This document shows, one piece after another, positions 56,802 to 64,000 of a DNA stretch of 64,000 nt. A model generated the notes under the pieces. It searched no databases. It saw nothing but the letters and a program-made list of their open reading frames with translations, and was not told the DNA's origin. How positions within the stretch are numbered: position 1 is the first letter of the stretch; each line of letters opens with the position of its first letter. Made by a program: the position numbers and the translations under genes. This DNA comes from Flavonifractor porci (GTDB taxonomy: Bacteria > Bacillota > Clostridia > Oscillospirales > Oscillospiraceae): assembly GCF_037572415.1 (NCBI RefSeq), contig NZ_JBBHLB010000005.1:150050-214049 (forward strand), written 5' to 3'.

Positions 56802-57836
56802 ATGAAGCGAACGGCCACTTTGATCCTCCTGCTGGTTCTGCTCTGCGGGTGCGCAGCAGCCCCCGCAAAGTCTGACGACACTGGACTGAACCGCTATGAG
56901 GCCACATTTCTGACCCTGTTTGATACCGTCACCACCATCGTGGGATATGCCGAAACCGAGGAGGCCTTTACCGACACGGCCCAGGCCTTCCATGATGAAC
57001 TGCTGGAATATCATCAGCTCTATGACATTTACAACGAGTACGAGGGAATCAACAACATCAAGACCATCAACGATCACGGCTGGGAACACCCCATCAAGGT
57101 GGATCAGCGGATCATTGACCTGCTGTTGTTCAGCAAGGAGCTGTATACCCAGACAGAAGGCAGGGTCAACATCGCCATGGGCAGCGTACTCCGCCTGTGG
57201 CATGATGCCCGGGAAACCGGCATAGCCGACCCCAGCCGGGCGGCACTGCCGGACCAGGCTGCCCTGGAACAGGCCGCAGCCCACACGGATCTCGACAGCA
57301 TCCAGATCGACGTGGAAAAACGCACCGTTTTCCTGTCTGACCCGGAGGTCAAACTGGATGTTGGCGCCATTGCCAAAGGCTATGCGGTGGAGCAGGTCTG
57401 CCGGAACACCCCCTCTGGATTGCTCATCAGCGTGGGCGGAAATGTCTGTCCCACCGGCCCAAAGCCGGAAAGCGGCCATCCGTGGGTGGTGGGCATTCAG
57501 GCCCCGGAAGATCCGGATCAATATCTCCATACCATCTATGTGGAAGATGTCTCTGTGGTCACCAGCGGAGATTATCAGCGGTATTTTACCGTGGACGGCG
57601 TTCCATACCACCATATCATAGATCCTGACACCAACTATCCTGCCGGTCACTGGCGCTCGGTCACCATTCTGTGTCGGGATTCCGGTGTGGCGGACGCCCT
57701 CTCCACCGCCCTTTTTACCCTGCCCCAGAAGGCGGGACAGGCCCTGCTGGACGCCTTCCAGGCAGAGGCCATGTGGGTGCGTCAGGACGGAACCATCCTG
57801 TACAGCCCCGGATTTCAGGCGTATATCCGCGTATAG
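56802..57836 (+). CDS. apbE: FAD:protein FMN transferase (ApbE family) lipoprotein
   Basis: Signal peptide with lipobox LLCGCAA. ApbE family motifs (…DLGAIAKGYAV…, VTSGDYQRYF…HHIIDP). Confidence 0.8.
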   Translation: MKRTATLILLLVLLCGCAAAPAKSDDTGLNRYEATFLTLFDTVTTIVGYAETEEAFTDTAQAFHDELLEYHQLYDIYNEYEGINNIKTINDHGWEHPIKVDQRIIDLLLFSKELYTQTEGRVNIAMGSVLRLWHDARETGIADPSRAALPDQAALEQAAAHTDLDSIQIDVEKRTVFLSDPEVKLDVGAIAKGYAVEQVCRNTPSGLLISVGGNVCPTGPKPESGHPWVVGIQAPEDPDQYLHTIYVEDVSVVTSGDYQRYFTVDGVPYHHIIDPDTNYPAGHWRSVTILCRDSGVADALSTALFTLPQKAGQALLDAFQAEAMWVRQDGTILYSPGFQAYIRV

Positions 57837-57867
57837 CCAAAGCGCTCATATCATCGAGGTGGAAAGA

Positions 57868-59175
57868 ATGAGAAAATTGTTTTGGGGTGGTATCCACCCA
57901 GAGGGACATAAAGCTCTCTCCCGGGGTGCATCCCCCATTCCCGCACCCCTGCCGGCGCAGGTCGTCCTGCCCATGGTCCAGCATATCGGCGCAGCCTGCA
58001 CCCCTGTGGTCAAAGTCGGCGATCAGGTCAAAATGGGACAAAAGATCGGCGACGGGGAAGGGATCTGCGCCCCCATCCATGCCTCTGTCTCAGGCAAAGT
58101 GGTGGCTGTGGAGCCCCGTCCCCACCCCGGCGGCAGCGAAGCGCTGTCCGTGGTGATCGAAAATGACTACACAGATACACCGGACGACACCTTAAAGCCC
58201 CATCTGGCCCACCATGACCTCTCCGGAGAAGAGATCCTCCGCATCATCCGGGATGCAGGCATCGTGGGCATGGGCGGCGCCGCATTCCCCACAGACGTGA
58301 AGGCCTTCTCCGCACTGGGCCAGGTGGACTATGTGATCATCAATGCCTGTGAGTGCGAGCCGTATATTACGGCGGACGATACCCTCATCTGTACTTATCC
58401 CGAGCAGGTGATCCGGGGAACGGAGACCCTGATTCATACCCTCACACCCAAGCATACGGTGATCGCCATTGAGGACAACAAGCAGGAGGCCATCCGCATT
58501 CTGAGGGACGCCCTGCCCAAGGACTCATCCATCGAATTGCGGGTACTGCCCACCCGCTACCCCCAGGGCGCCGAGAAGCAGCTGATCCAGGCCGTAACCA
58601 GCCGGCAGGTCCCTCCGGGCAAGCTGCCCGCCGCCGTGGGCTGCGCCGTGTTCAACGCAGCCACCGCTGCCGCCGTCTATCAGGCGGTATACGAGGGCAA
58701 GCCGGTCACCCGCCGCATTGTGACGGTCACCGGCGACGGAGCTGTGGCGCCCAAGAATATGATTTTCCGCATTGGTGCCACCTTCGGTCAGGCCATTGAC
58801 GCTGCCGGCGGCATGGCGGAGGACACCCAAAAAGTGCTGTCCGGCGGTCCTATGATGGGCCTTGCCCAAAAGGACCTGGCCGTGCCGGTTCTGAAGGGCA
58901 CCAACGCCATTCTGTGCCTGAAAGCCACAGTTCCCCAGACCAAAACCCAGACCTGCATCCGCTGCGCCAAGTGCGTGTCCGTTTGCCCCATGCACCTGCA
59001 GCCGCTGTACCTGTACCGCTTTGAACAGGCCGGGAACTGGAAGGAACTTGAGAAGCTGCATTTGACGGACTGTATCGAGTGCGGAAGCTGCAGCTACACC
59101 TGCCCGGCACAGCTCCCGCTGGTGGAGCGGTTCCGTGCGGGCAAACAGCAGCTGAAGGAGGCAAAGAAAGCATGA
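57868..59175 (+). CDS. rnfC: RnfC-type subunit (NADH-binding, two [4Fe-4S] ferredoxin motifs)
   Basis: MRKLFWGGIHPEGHK… N-terminus, the RnfC core, and CIRCAKCVSVCP / CIECGSCSYTCP cluster motifs. Confidence 0.8.
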   Translation: MRKLFWGGIHPEGHKALSRGASPIPAPLPAQVVLPMVQHIGAACTPVVKVGDQVKMGQKIGDGEGICAPIHASVSGKVVAVEPRPHPGGSEALSVVIENDYTDTPDDTLKPHLAHHDLSGEEILRIIRDAGIVGMGGAAFPTDVKAFSALGQVDYVIINACECEPYITADDTLICTYPEQVIRGTETLIHTLTPKHTVIAIEDNKQEAIRILRDALPKDSSIELRVLPTRYPQGAEKQLIQAVTSRQVPPGKLPAAVGCAVFNAATAAAVYQAVYEGKPVTRRIVTVTGDGAVAPKNMIFRIGATFGQAIDAAGGMAEDTQKVLSGGPMMGLAQKDLAVPVLKGTNAILCLKATVPQTKTQTCIRCAKCVSVCPMHLQPLYLYRFEQAGNWKELEKLHLTDCIECGSCSYTCPAQLPLVERFRAGKQQLKEAKKA

Positions 59176-60146
59176 AACTGCTTGTAACATCCTCTCCCCA
59201 CATTCACAGCGGGTCCCGTACCAGCCGTCTGATGGGCGCGGTGCTGATCGCGCTGATTCCCGCCCTTGTGGCCGGTGTGTGGTTCTTTGGTATCAGAGCC
59301 CTGGTCCTTACCGCGGTCACTGTGCTGGCCTGCCTGCTCTCCGAGTGGCTCTACCGCATGGTCACCCGGCAGAGCAACACCCTGCCGGACCTGTCCGCAG
59401 CGGTGACCGGCGTTCTGCTGGCTATGACCCTCCCCGCCTCCGCCCCCTACTGGCTGGCGGCTCTGGGCGGTGTCTTTGCCATTGTGGTGGTCAAGGGGCT
59501 GATCGGCGGTCTGGGACAGAACATCTTTAACCCTGCCCTGGCTGCCCGGGCTTTCCTGGTCCTGTTCTGGCCCAGCTGGATGGTCCGCTATGCGGCGCCT
59601 GGTACCGCCCTGGACCCGCTGTCGGTCTCAGTGGACATCGTATCCTCCGCCACTCCTCTGCACCATATGCAGATGCCCGCGCTGCCTACGGAGTCCCTGC
59701 TGGATGTATTTCTGGGAAATATGGGCGGCTGTATCGGCGAGGTGTCCGCCCTGGCCCTGCTGCTGGGCGGCGGATACCTGCTGCTCCGTAAGGTGATCTC
59801 CTGGCGCATTCCGGCGGCCTACCTGGGCGCTGTGGCACTGCTTACCCTGATCTTCTCCAAAGGCCAGGATCCCGTCCTGTGGATGCTCTACAGCCTGATG
59901 GGCGGCGGCGTGCTGCTGGGCGCCTTCTTTATGGCCACGGACTATGCCACCTCCCCTGTTACCCCCAAGGGCCAGCTGATCTACGGCGTGGGATGCGGCG
60001 TACTCACCGTCTGCTTCCGCTGCTACGGACTTTTCCCGGAAGGGGTCACCTATGCCATCCTGCTGATGAACGCCTGTGCCTGGAGCCTGGACCGGCTCAC
60101 ACCCCCCAAGCGCTTTGGCACTGTGAAAGGAGGCGGCGTACAGTGA
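59172..60146 (+). CDS. rnfD: RnfD/NqrB-type membrane subunit
   Basis: Polytopic protein that aligns with the RnfD/NqrB family (…GIRALVLTAVTVLACLLSEWLY…GGLGQNIFNPALAARAFL…). Its ATG overlaps the rnfC stop (ATGA). Confidence 0.8.
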   Translation: MKLLVTSSPHIHSGSRTSRLMGAVLIALIPALVAGVWFFGIRALVLTAVTVLACLLSEWLYRMVTRQSNTLPDLSAAVTGVLLAMTLPASAPYWLAALGGVFAIVVVKGLIGGLGQNIFNPALAARAFLVLFWPSWMVRYAAPGTALDPLSVSVDIVSSATPLHHMQMPALPTESLLDVFLGNMGGCIGEVSALALLLGGGYLLLRKVISWRIPAAYLGAVALLTLIFSKGQDPVLWMLYSLMGGGVLLGAFFMATDYATSPVTPKGQLIYGVGCGVLTVCFRCYGLFPEGVTYAILLMNACAWSLDRLTPPKRFGTVKGGGVQ

Positions 60147-60682
60147 ACATAAAACAGTTGATCCAGCCTGTGGCTGCCCTTCTCATCGCCGCCCTGGTTT
60201 TGTTCCTGGGCACCACCGTGCTCTCCCCCATTGCTCAGGAAAACAAGGAGCAGGAGCTGCAGTCCATCCTCTCCACCCTTCTGCCCGGCGCAGAGTCCTT
60301 TGTCCAGGAAGAGTACACCGGCGAGGACGAGGCTATCTCCGCGGTCTACAAGGCGGATAACGGCTATGTGATCGAAACGGTCACCGCCGGATATGCCGGC
60401 GATATCACCATGCTGGTAGGCGTCAATCTGGACGGCACCATTGCCGGTCTGGTGGTGCGGGATATGCAGGAGACCTACGGGCTTGGCATGGAGGCCCTCT
60501 CCGACGTATCCTTCCTGTCTCAGTTCCTCTGGAATGGCACCACCTTTACCGTAGGCGAAAATGTGGACGCCCTCACCGGCGCCACCGTTACCTCCAAGGG
60601 GGTGGCCAAGGCTGTTACCTCAGCCAGTGCCTTTGTAACCGGCGCGGATATTGGCTCCAGCGCCACCGAATGGGGAGGTTGA
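60143..60682 (+). CDS. rnfG: RnfG/NqrC-type FMN-binding subunit
   Basis: N-terminal TM anchor then an FMN_bind domain with the flavinylation motif TGATVTSKGV. GTG start with a GGAGG RBS. Confidence 0.75.
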   Translation: MNIKQLIQPVAALLIAALVLFLGTTVLSPIAQENKEQELQSILSTLLPGAESFVQEEYTGEDEAISAVYKADNGYVIETVTAGYAGDITMLVGVNLDGTIAGLVVRDMQETYGLGMEALSDVSFLSQFLWNGTTFTVGENVDALTGATVTSKGVAKAVTSASAFVTGADIGSSATEWGG

Positions 60683-60686
60683 TGTG

Positions 60687-61124
60687 ATGAAAAATACCTA
60701 TCGTCTGAATACCTTCCTGGCTTTGGTGGCAGGCCTGGTATTTCTGGGCTACCTGGCAGTGCAGGCCTATTCTCCCGCCGCCATTCTTCCTCAGCTGGAT
60801 CTGATGCTGGTCAGCGGGATCTCCCTGGTGGCCCTGATCCTGGAGTATTATTCCGGGAAGCCGGTGGAGCGTCGCAGCTGGCCTGTGACAGCGCTGCTCA
60901 GCGCACTGACGTTCGTTCTGCTGCCTCTGGCGGCGGGTCTGATGTCCGGTCAGGAGCTGCTCCGGTTTGCCCTGGTAAGCTGGGCTGCGTTTATGGTGCT
61001 GACCTTCCTGTTTACCGCCATCTGTCAGCGTCTGGCCTCCGGACCAGCAAGCAAGATCGCTCCCCTGCTCTCTGCCGGAGTCCTGTTCCTGGCGGTTCAG
61101 GGCTGCAGCAGCCTGTTCCTGTGA
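60687..61124 (+). CDS. hypothetical four-TM membrane protein, the last gene of the RnfCDG operon (not RnfA/E-like)
   Basis: GGGGAGGT RBS. 145 aa, four hydrophobic helices, no His/Cys ligand pattern. A strong terminator follows at 61151-61195. Confidence 0.45.
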   Translation: MKNTYRLNTFLALVAGLVFLGYLAVQAYSPAAILPQLDLMLVSGISLVALILEYYSGKPVERRSWPVTALLSALTFVLLPLAAGLMSGQELLRFALVSWAAFMVLTFLFTAICQRLASGPASKIAPLLSAGVLFLAVQGCSSLFL

Positions 61125-61150
61125 CCCCGCAAGCTTCCTTGCCTTCACGT

Positions 61151-61195
61151 TTAAAAAGAGAAAGCCTTGAAACTGTAGTTTCAAGGCTTTCTCTT
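61151..61195 (+). terminator. intrinsic terminator AAAGAGAAAGCCTTGAAAC-TGTAG-TTTCAAGGCTTTCTCTTT
   Basis: 19-bp perfect stem followed by a T run. It ends the FMN-lipoprotein/apbE/rnfCDG operon. Confidence 0.8.
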
Positions 61196-61201
61196 TCCGT
61201 T

Positions 61202-61615
61202 TTAATAAAACTTCTGCTCCGCTTGTCCGCCATTCCCTTTCTCTGCGGCCATTTGGTTGATTTCCTGCAGCGTATACTCCTTGCCAACACATTCCGTCAT
61301 CCCGCTGCTGCCGGCATCCTGCACCTTTATGTAAATGACTCCGTTTTTCTTGCCAGAAAGCTTTTTCAGCAGTCCGGTCGTCGTAAGCATCGTCTTGTTA
61401 AAGCCGGTTACATCAGGAACAGGGGAGCTGAGGATGCAGCCACACTGTTCACATTTGAACAGGTATAGATTCCCTTCCAACTTCATCTGCATTTTCTGAT
61501 CAATGCTCCAGTGGGGAACCGACGTTCCACACAGGGGACAAGTCTGAACATTGCGGTCAATAAATCCCTGAGGAACACTTCCCGCAAAGCCTTCCATCCT
61601 CTTAAACGCCATCAT
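61202..61615 (-). CDS. hypothetical zinc-ribbon protein (137 aa)
   Basis: CPLCGT…CEQCGC motif pair. No other recognisable domain. Confidence 0.4.
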   Translation of the reverse strand: MMAFKRMEGFAGSVPQGFIDRNVQTCPLCGTSVPHWSIDQKMQMKLEGNLYLFKCEQCGCILSSPVPDVTGFNKTMLTTTGLLKKLSGKKNGVIYIKVQDAGSSGMTECVGKEYTLQEINQMAAEKGNGGQAEQKFY

Positions 61616-61629
61616 GAGTCCCCCTTATC

Positions 61630-61989
61630 TTATAGTCCAACCATCATGGAAATGATAAAATACAGCAAGGCTCCCCCTGCAATCGTAAAAATGGTAATAG
61701 CCAGATAGTTGAGCCCGAACTCCTTCGCCCTCGCTTTGTTGGCTTTAACTGCCACAGTGGATGCTTTTACGACAGGGAATCCATTTTCGATCACGACATC
61801 GGCGGTAAAGTCATTTCTGATCATAGCCCCATAACTATTCTGGGAGTCTACAAAACCGGCTATATGGTATCCTCTTGTCTCATCTCCCACGATGGATATC
61901 ATATCAACTGGGAACTGCGCCGATGCCGGGCTTTTGAGTTGGGCACAAATTGCCGGTTTTACAACCTTCATAATTTCTTCGTTGGTCAC
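61630..61989 (-). CDS. hypothetical membrane-anchored protein (C-terminal TM helix)
   Basis: GGGAGGA RBS then GTG. C-terminal helix LNYLAITIFTIAGGALLYFIISMMVGL. Confidence 0.4.
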   Translation of the reverse strand: MTNEEIMKVVKPAICAQLKSPASAQFPVDMISIVGDETRGYHIAGFVDSQNSYGAMIRNDFTADVVIENGFPVVKASTVAVKANKARAKEFGLNYLAITIFTIAGGALLYFIISMMVGL

Positions 61990-62308
61990 TTCGATTCCTC
62001 CCATGTTGAACGGATTCCGACAGATGCTTTAAGCCTTCCCGACCGCTCAGGCAAGTATGCCGAAACCTCCTTTGCTGCTCCAAATCCATACAGCTTTTAC
62101 GGATCCATTTCTATTTTATGCCGTTTTTAATAGAAAACAATATTCCAGCTGCATAGTTTTTGCATCTTATGGCATCTATCCCATTTTTGTGTGCCAGCCA
62201 TGGCTTATCCACTGGGAGGGCCGACCGCAGCGAGGAGCACAATCTCCGCACTTATCGTGATTGACAGCGTAATCTGCAACCACATACATACACGGGCAAG
62301 CCTTCTGC

Positions 62309-62683
62309 TCAGATATGGATTTTTCTCAGCAGGTTTTCCACCTCATTTGCTTTCAGAACCTTGCCCATCGTGACCACCCTCTCATTGACCACCAGAGCGG
62401 GAACGCTCATGACTCCATAGCCGACAATCTTGGCCATGTCGGTCACATACTCCACTTCTACATCAAGGCCCATACCCCTCACAGCTTCTTTTGTATTTTC
62501 CAGCAGGGTATGGCAGGAGGCACAGCCTGCACCCAATACCTTGATGGAGCGCACGTCATTGGCAGTGCTGTCCCCTCCTTTCACAACTTTGGAAACATCC
62601 ACCTCGGCGGTGGGGCAGCCGCACTGACAAGCACAGGCAGGCACTTTTTCTTCTTTCTTCTTGCTAAAACCAAACAGACTCAT
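62309..62683 (-). CDS. thioredoxin-family 'redox-active disulfide protein 2'-like protein with a Cys-rich N-terminal extension
   Basis: Thioredoxin-like segment with a CxxC (IKVLGAGCASCHTLLENTKEA…VPALVVNERVV). N-terminal ACACQCGC metal-binding-like motif. GGAGGT RBS at the internal MSLFGF start. Typical partner of the adjacent permease. Confidence 0.65.
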   Translation of the reverse strand: MSLFGFSKKKEEKVPACACQCGCPTAEVDVSKVVKGGDSTANDVRSIKVLGAGCASCHTLLENTKEAVRGMGLDVEVEYVTDMAKIVGYGVMSVPALVVNERVVTMGKVLKANEVENLLRKIHI

Positions 62684-62778
62684 TGCAAATACCTCCAAAT
62701 CAAATAAATGTGAAGCAGACTGGTTCACATCCAATCCGCAACATCCAAATCCACATGGCGCTGGATCCTTCTTGTTTC

Positions 62779-63792
62779 CTAAACCAGCAGGAACTGGATC
62801 GCATTGAAAAAATAGCCCACGATGATGATGCCCGCGGTGCAAATGGCGATAAAGGTAGCCAGCAGTTTAGGCTTTACCGCCTTTTTCAGCATGATCATGG
62901 ACGGAATACTCAAAGTGGTAACAGCCATCATAAACGACAGGATCGTACCCAGGCCGGCACCCTTGAACAGCAGGCTCTCCGCCACAGGGATCGTCCCAAA
63001 GATATCAGCATACATAGGAACGCCCACCAGAGTGGCCAGGATAACGGCAACAGGATTGTCGCTGCCCAGAACCATCTCCACCCACTCCTGGGGAACCACA
63101 TTGTGGATAAAGGCGCCGATACCTACACCGATAAAGATATAAGGGGCAACCTTCTTGATGGTTCCCAGCAGCTGTTCTTTGGCAAACCAGACCCGATCGC
63201 GGCAGGTCAACTCCTGACCATCTGCGTCCATGTGCGGGGCGTTTTTGATAAAATCCTCCACATAACGCTCCATCCTGAATCTTTCCAACAAGGTGCCGCC
63301 AACAACAGCGATCACCAGACCGAGGACCACATAGATGACCGCAACTTTGGTGCCGAAAATGCTCATCAAAAGCACCAGAGAACCCAGATCAACCATGGGG
63401 GAAGAAATCAGGAAGGAAAAGGTCACGCCCACCGGCAGCCCCGCGCTGGTAAAACCCATAAAGATGGGAATAGAGGAGCAGGAGCAAAAAGGCGTCACTG
63501 TACCCAGCAGGGCCGCAGCTGAGTTTGCGCCGATACCGTGAAACCGCCCCAGAATCTTCTTGGTGCGCTCCGGCGGAAAATAACTCTGAATGTAAGAAAT
63601 GCCAAAGATCAGTACCGAGAGCAAAATAAAGATTTTAATGGTGTCATAGATAAAAAATTGCAGCCCCCCGCCGATGACGCTGTCAAGGGATAGACCTATG
63701 GCAGTCAGAGCATCACCGATCAGGGCATTCAGCCATTTCATTCCAAGGATCTGATCCTGGAAGAACAGCCAAATTGTATGAATCACTTCCAT
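62779..63792 (-). CDS. permease (DUF318/ArsP-like family membrane protein)
   Basis: 337 aa, polytopic, with conserved CxC…C motifs (VTPFCSCSSIPIFMGF) typical of this permease family. In an operon with the thioredoxin-like gene. Confidence 0.65.
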   Translation of the reverse strand: MEVIHTIWLFFQDQILGMKWLNALIGDALTAIGLSLDSVIGGGLQFFIYDTIKIFILLSVLIFGISYIQSYFPPERTKKILGRFHGIGANSAAALLGTVTPFCSCSSIPIFMGFTSAGLPVGVTFSFLISSPMVDLGSLVLLMSIFGTKVAVIYVVLGLVIAVVGGTLLERFRMERYVEDFIKNAPHMDADGQELTCRDRVWFAKEQLLGTIKKVAPYIFIGVGIGAFIHNVVPQEWVEMVLGSDNPVAVILATLVGVPMYADIFGTIPVAESLLFKGAGLGTILSFMMAVTTLSIPSMIMLKKAVKPKLLATFIAICTAGIIIVGYFFNAIQFLLV

Positions 63793-63852
63793 AAAGCGTT
63801 CTCCTTTCTCCGGACAAACAGTTCTAATTTTTTCGATTTAATCTTTTGAATA

Positions 63853-63878
63853 AAAGCCATCGTCCCACCGATGGCTTT
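63853..63878. terminator. hairpin AAAGCCATCG-TCCCAC-CGATGGCTTT between the ArsR-like gene and the permease
   Basis: Perfect 10-bp stem flanked by A and T runs. Confidence 0.55.
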
Positions 63879-64000
63879 TATGTCCGGCAGACGCAGTCAC
63901 TGCTGCCGCAAGTATTCCTTCTGGTCAGCATCTGCAACAGTTCTTTAGCGTATGCGCTGCCTTCATCACTGATCCCGTAGTATGTCCATTTGCCTTCCGC
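63878..64000 (-). CDS. partial CDS: C-terminus of an ArsR/SmtB-like metalloregulator (continues beyond the window end)
   Basis: Reverse-strand read …AEGKWTYYGISDEGSAYAKELLQMLTRRNTCGSSDCVCRT* with C-terminal Cys residues. Positioned upstream of the permease/thioredoxin pair. Confidence 0.35.
   Translation of the reverse strand, partial: AEGKWTYYGISDEGSAYAKELLQMLTRRNTCGSSDCVCRT

Overview
The window is a GC-rich (~60%) Firmicutes/Clostridia-type chromosomal segment, and most genes are on the minus strand. The first ~29 kb is a conserved housekeeping block. It runs from an SLH-domain surface protein through a TetR-regulated MacAB-like ABC efflux operon, ackA, tmcAL, rsfS, an LCP protein, a nadD–yqeK fusion, yhbY, rdgB, rph, ftsY, smc, rnc, acpP, plsX, trmFO, topA and dprA to a TrmH-family methyltransferase and ktrAB. 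Next come a YdjG-like zinc-ribbon protein with an SPFH/YdjI-like protein, and a 2094-aa secreted GH84-like glycosidase with three C-terminal SLH domains. A ~4 kb low-GC islet follows (vWA protein, XRE regulator, lipoprotein). After it lie reverse rubrerythrin behind a Fur/PerR-type box, gdhA, an FAD oxidoreductase, citrate synthase, corA, a divergent two-component system, and a distinctive operon of FMN-lipoprotein, ApbE, RnfC, RnfD and RnfG that lacks RnfA/E/B. The window ends with a thioredoxin-like/permease pair and the tail of an ArsR-like gene. No rRNA, tRNA or CRISPR was seen. The most unusual feature is a family of four ~150–210 bp structured non-coding elements. Each sits exactly at the stop codon of a housekeeping gene (smc, trmFO, rubrerythrin, gdhA) in a fixed orientation relative to the host gene, and each is followed by a displaced, imperfect copy of that gene's last ~40–70 bp. 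At the two diverged loci (smc, trmFO) the copies differ mostly by synonymous changes. The elements share a conserved hairpin core that shows compensatory base changes. Further candidates are possible riboswitch-like leaders with intrinsic terminators upstream of ktrB and corA, and operator palindromes upstream of acpP and an XRE gene.
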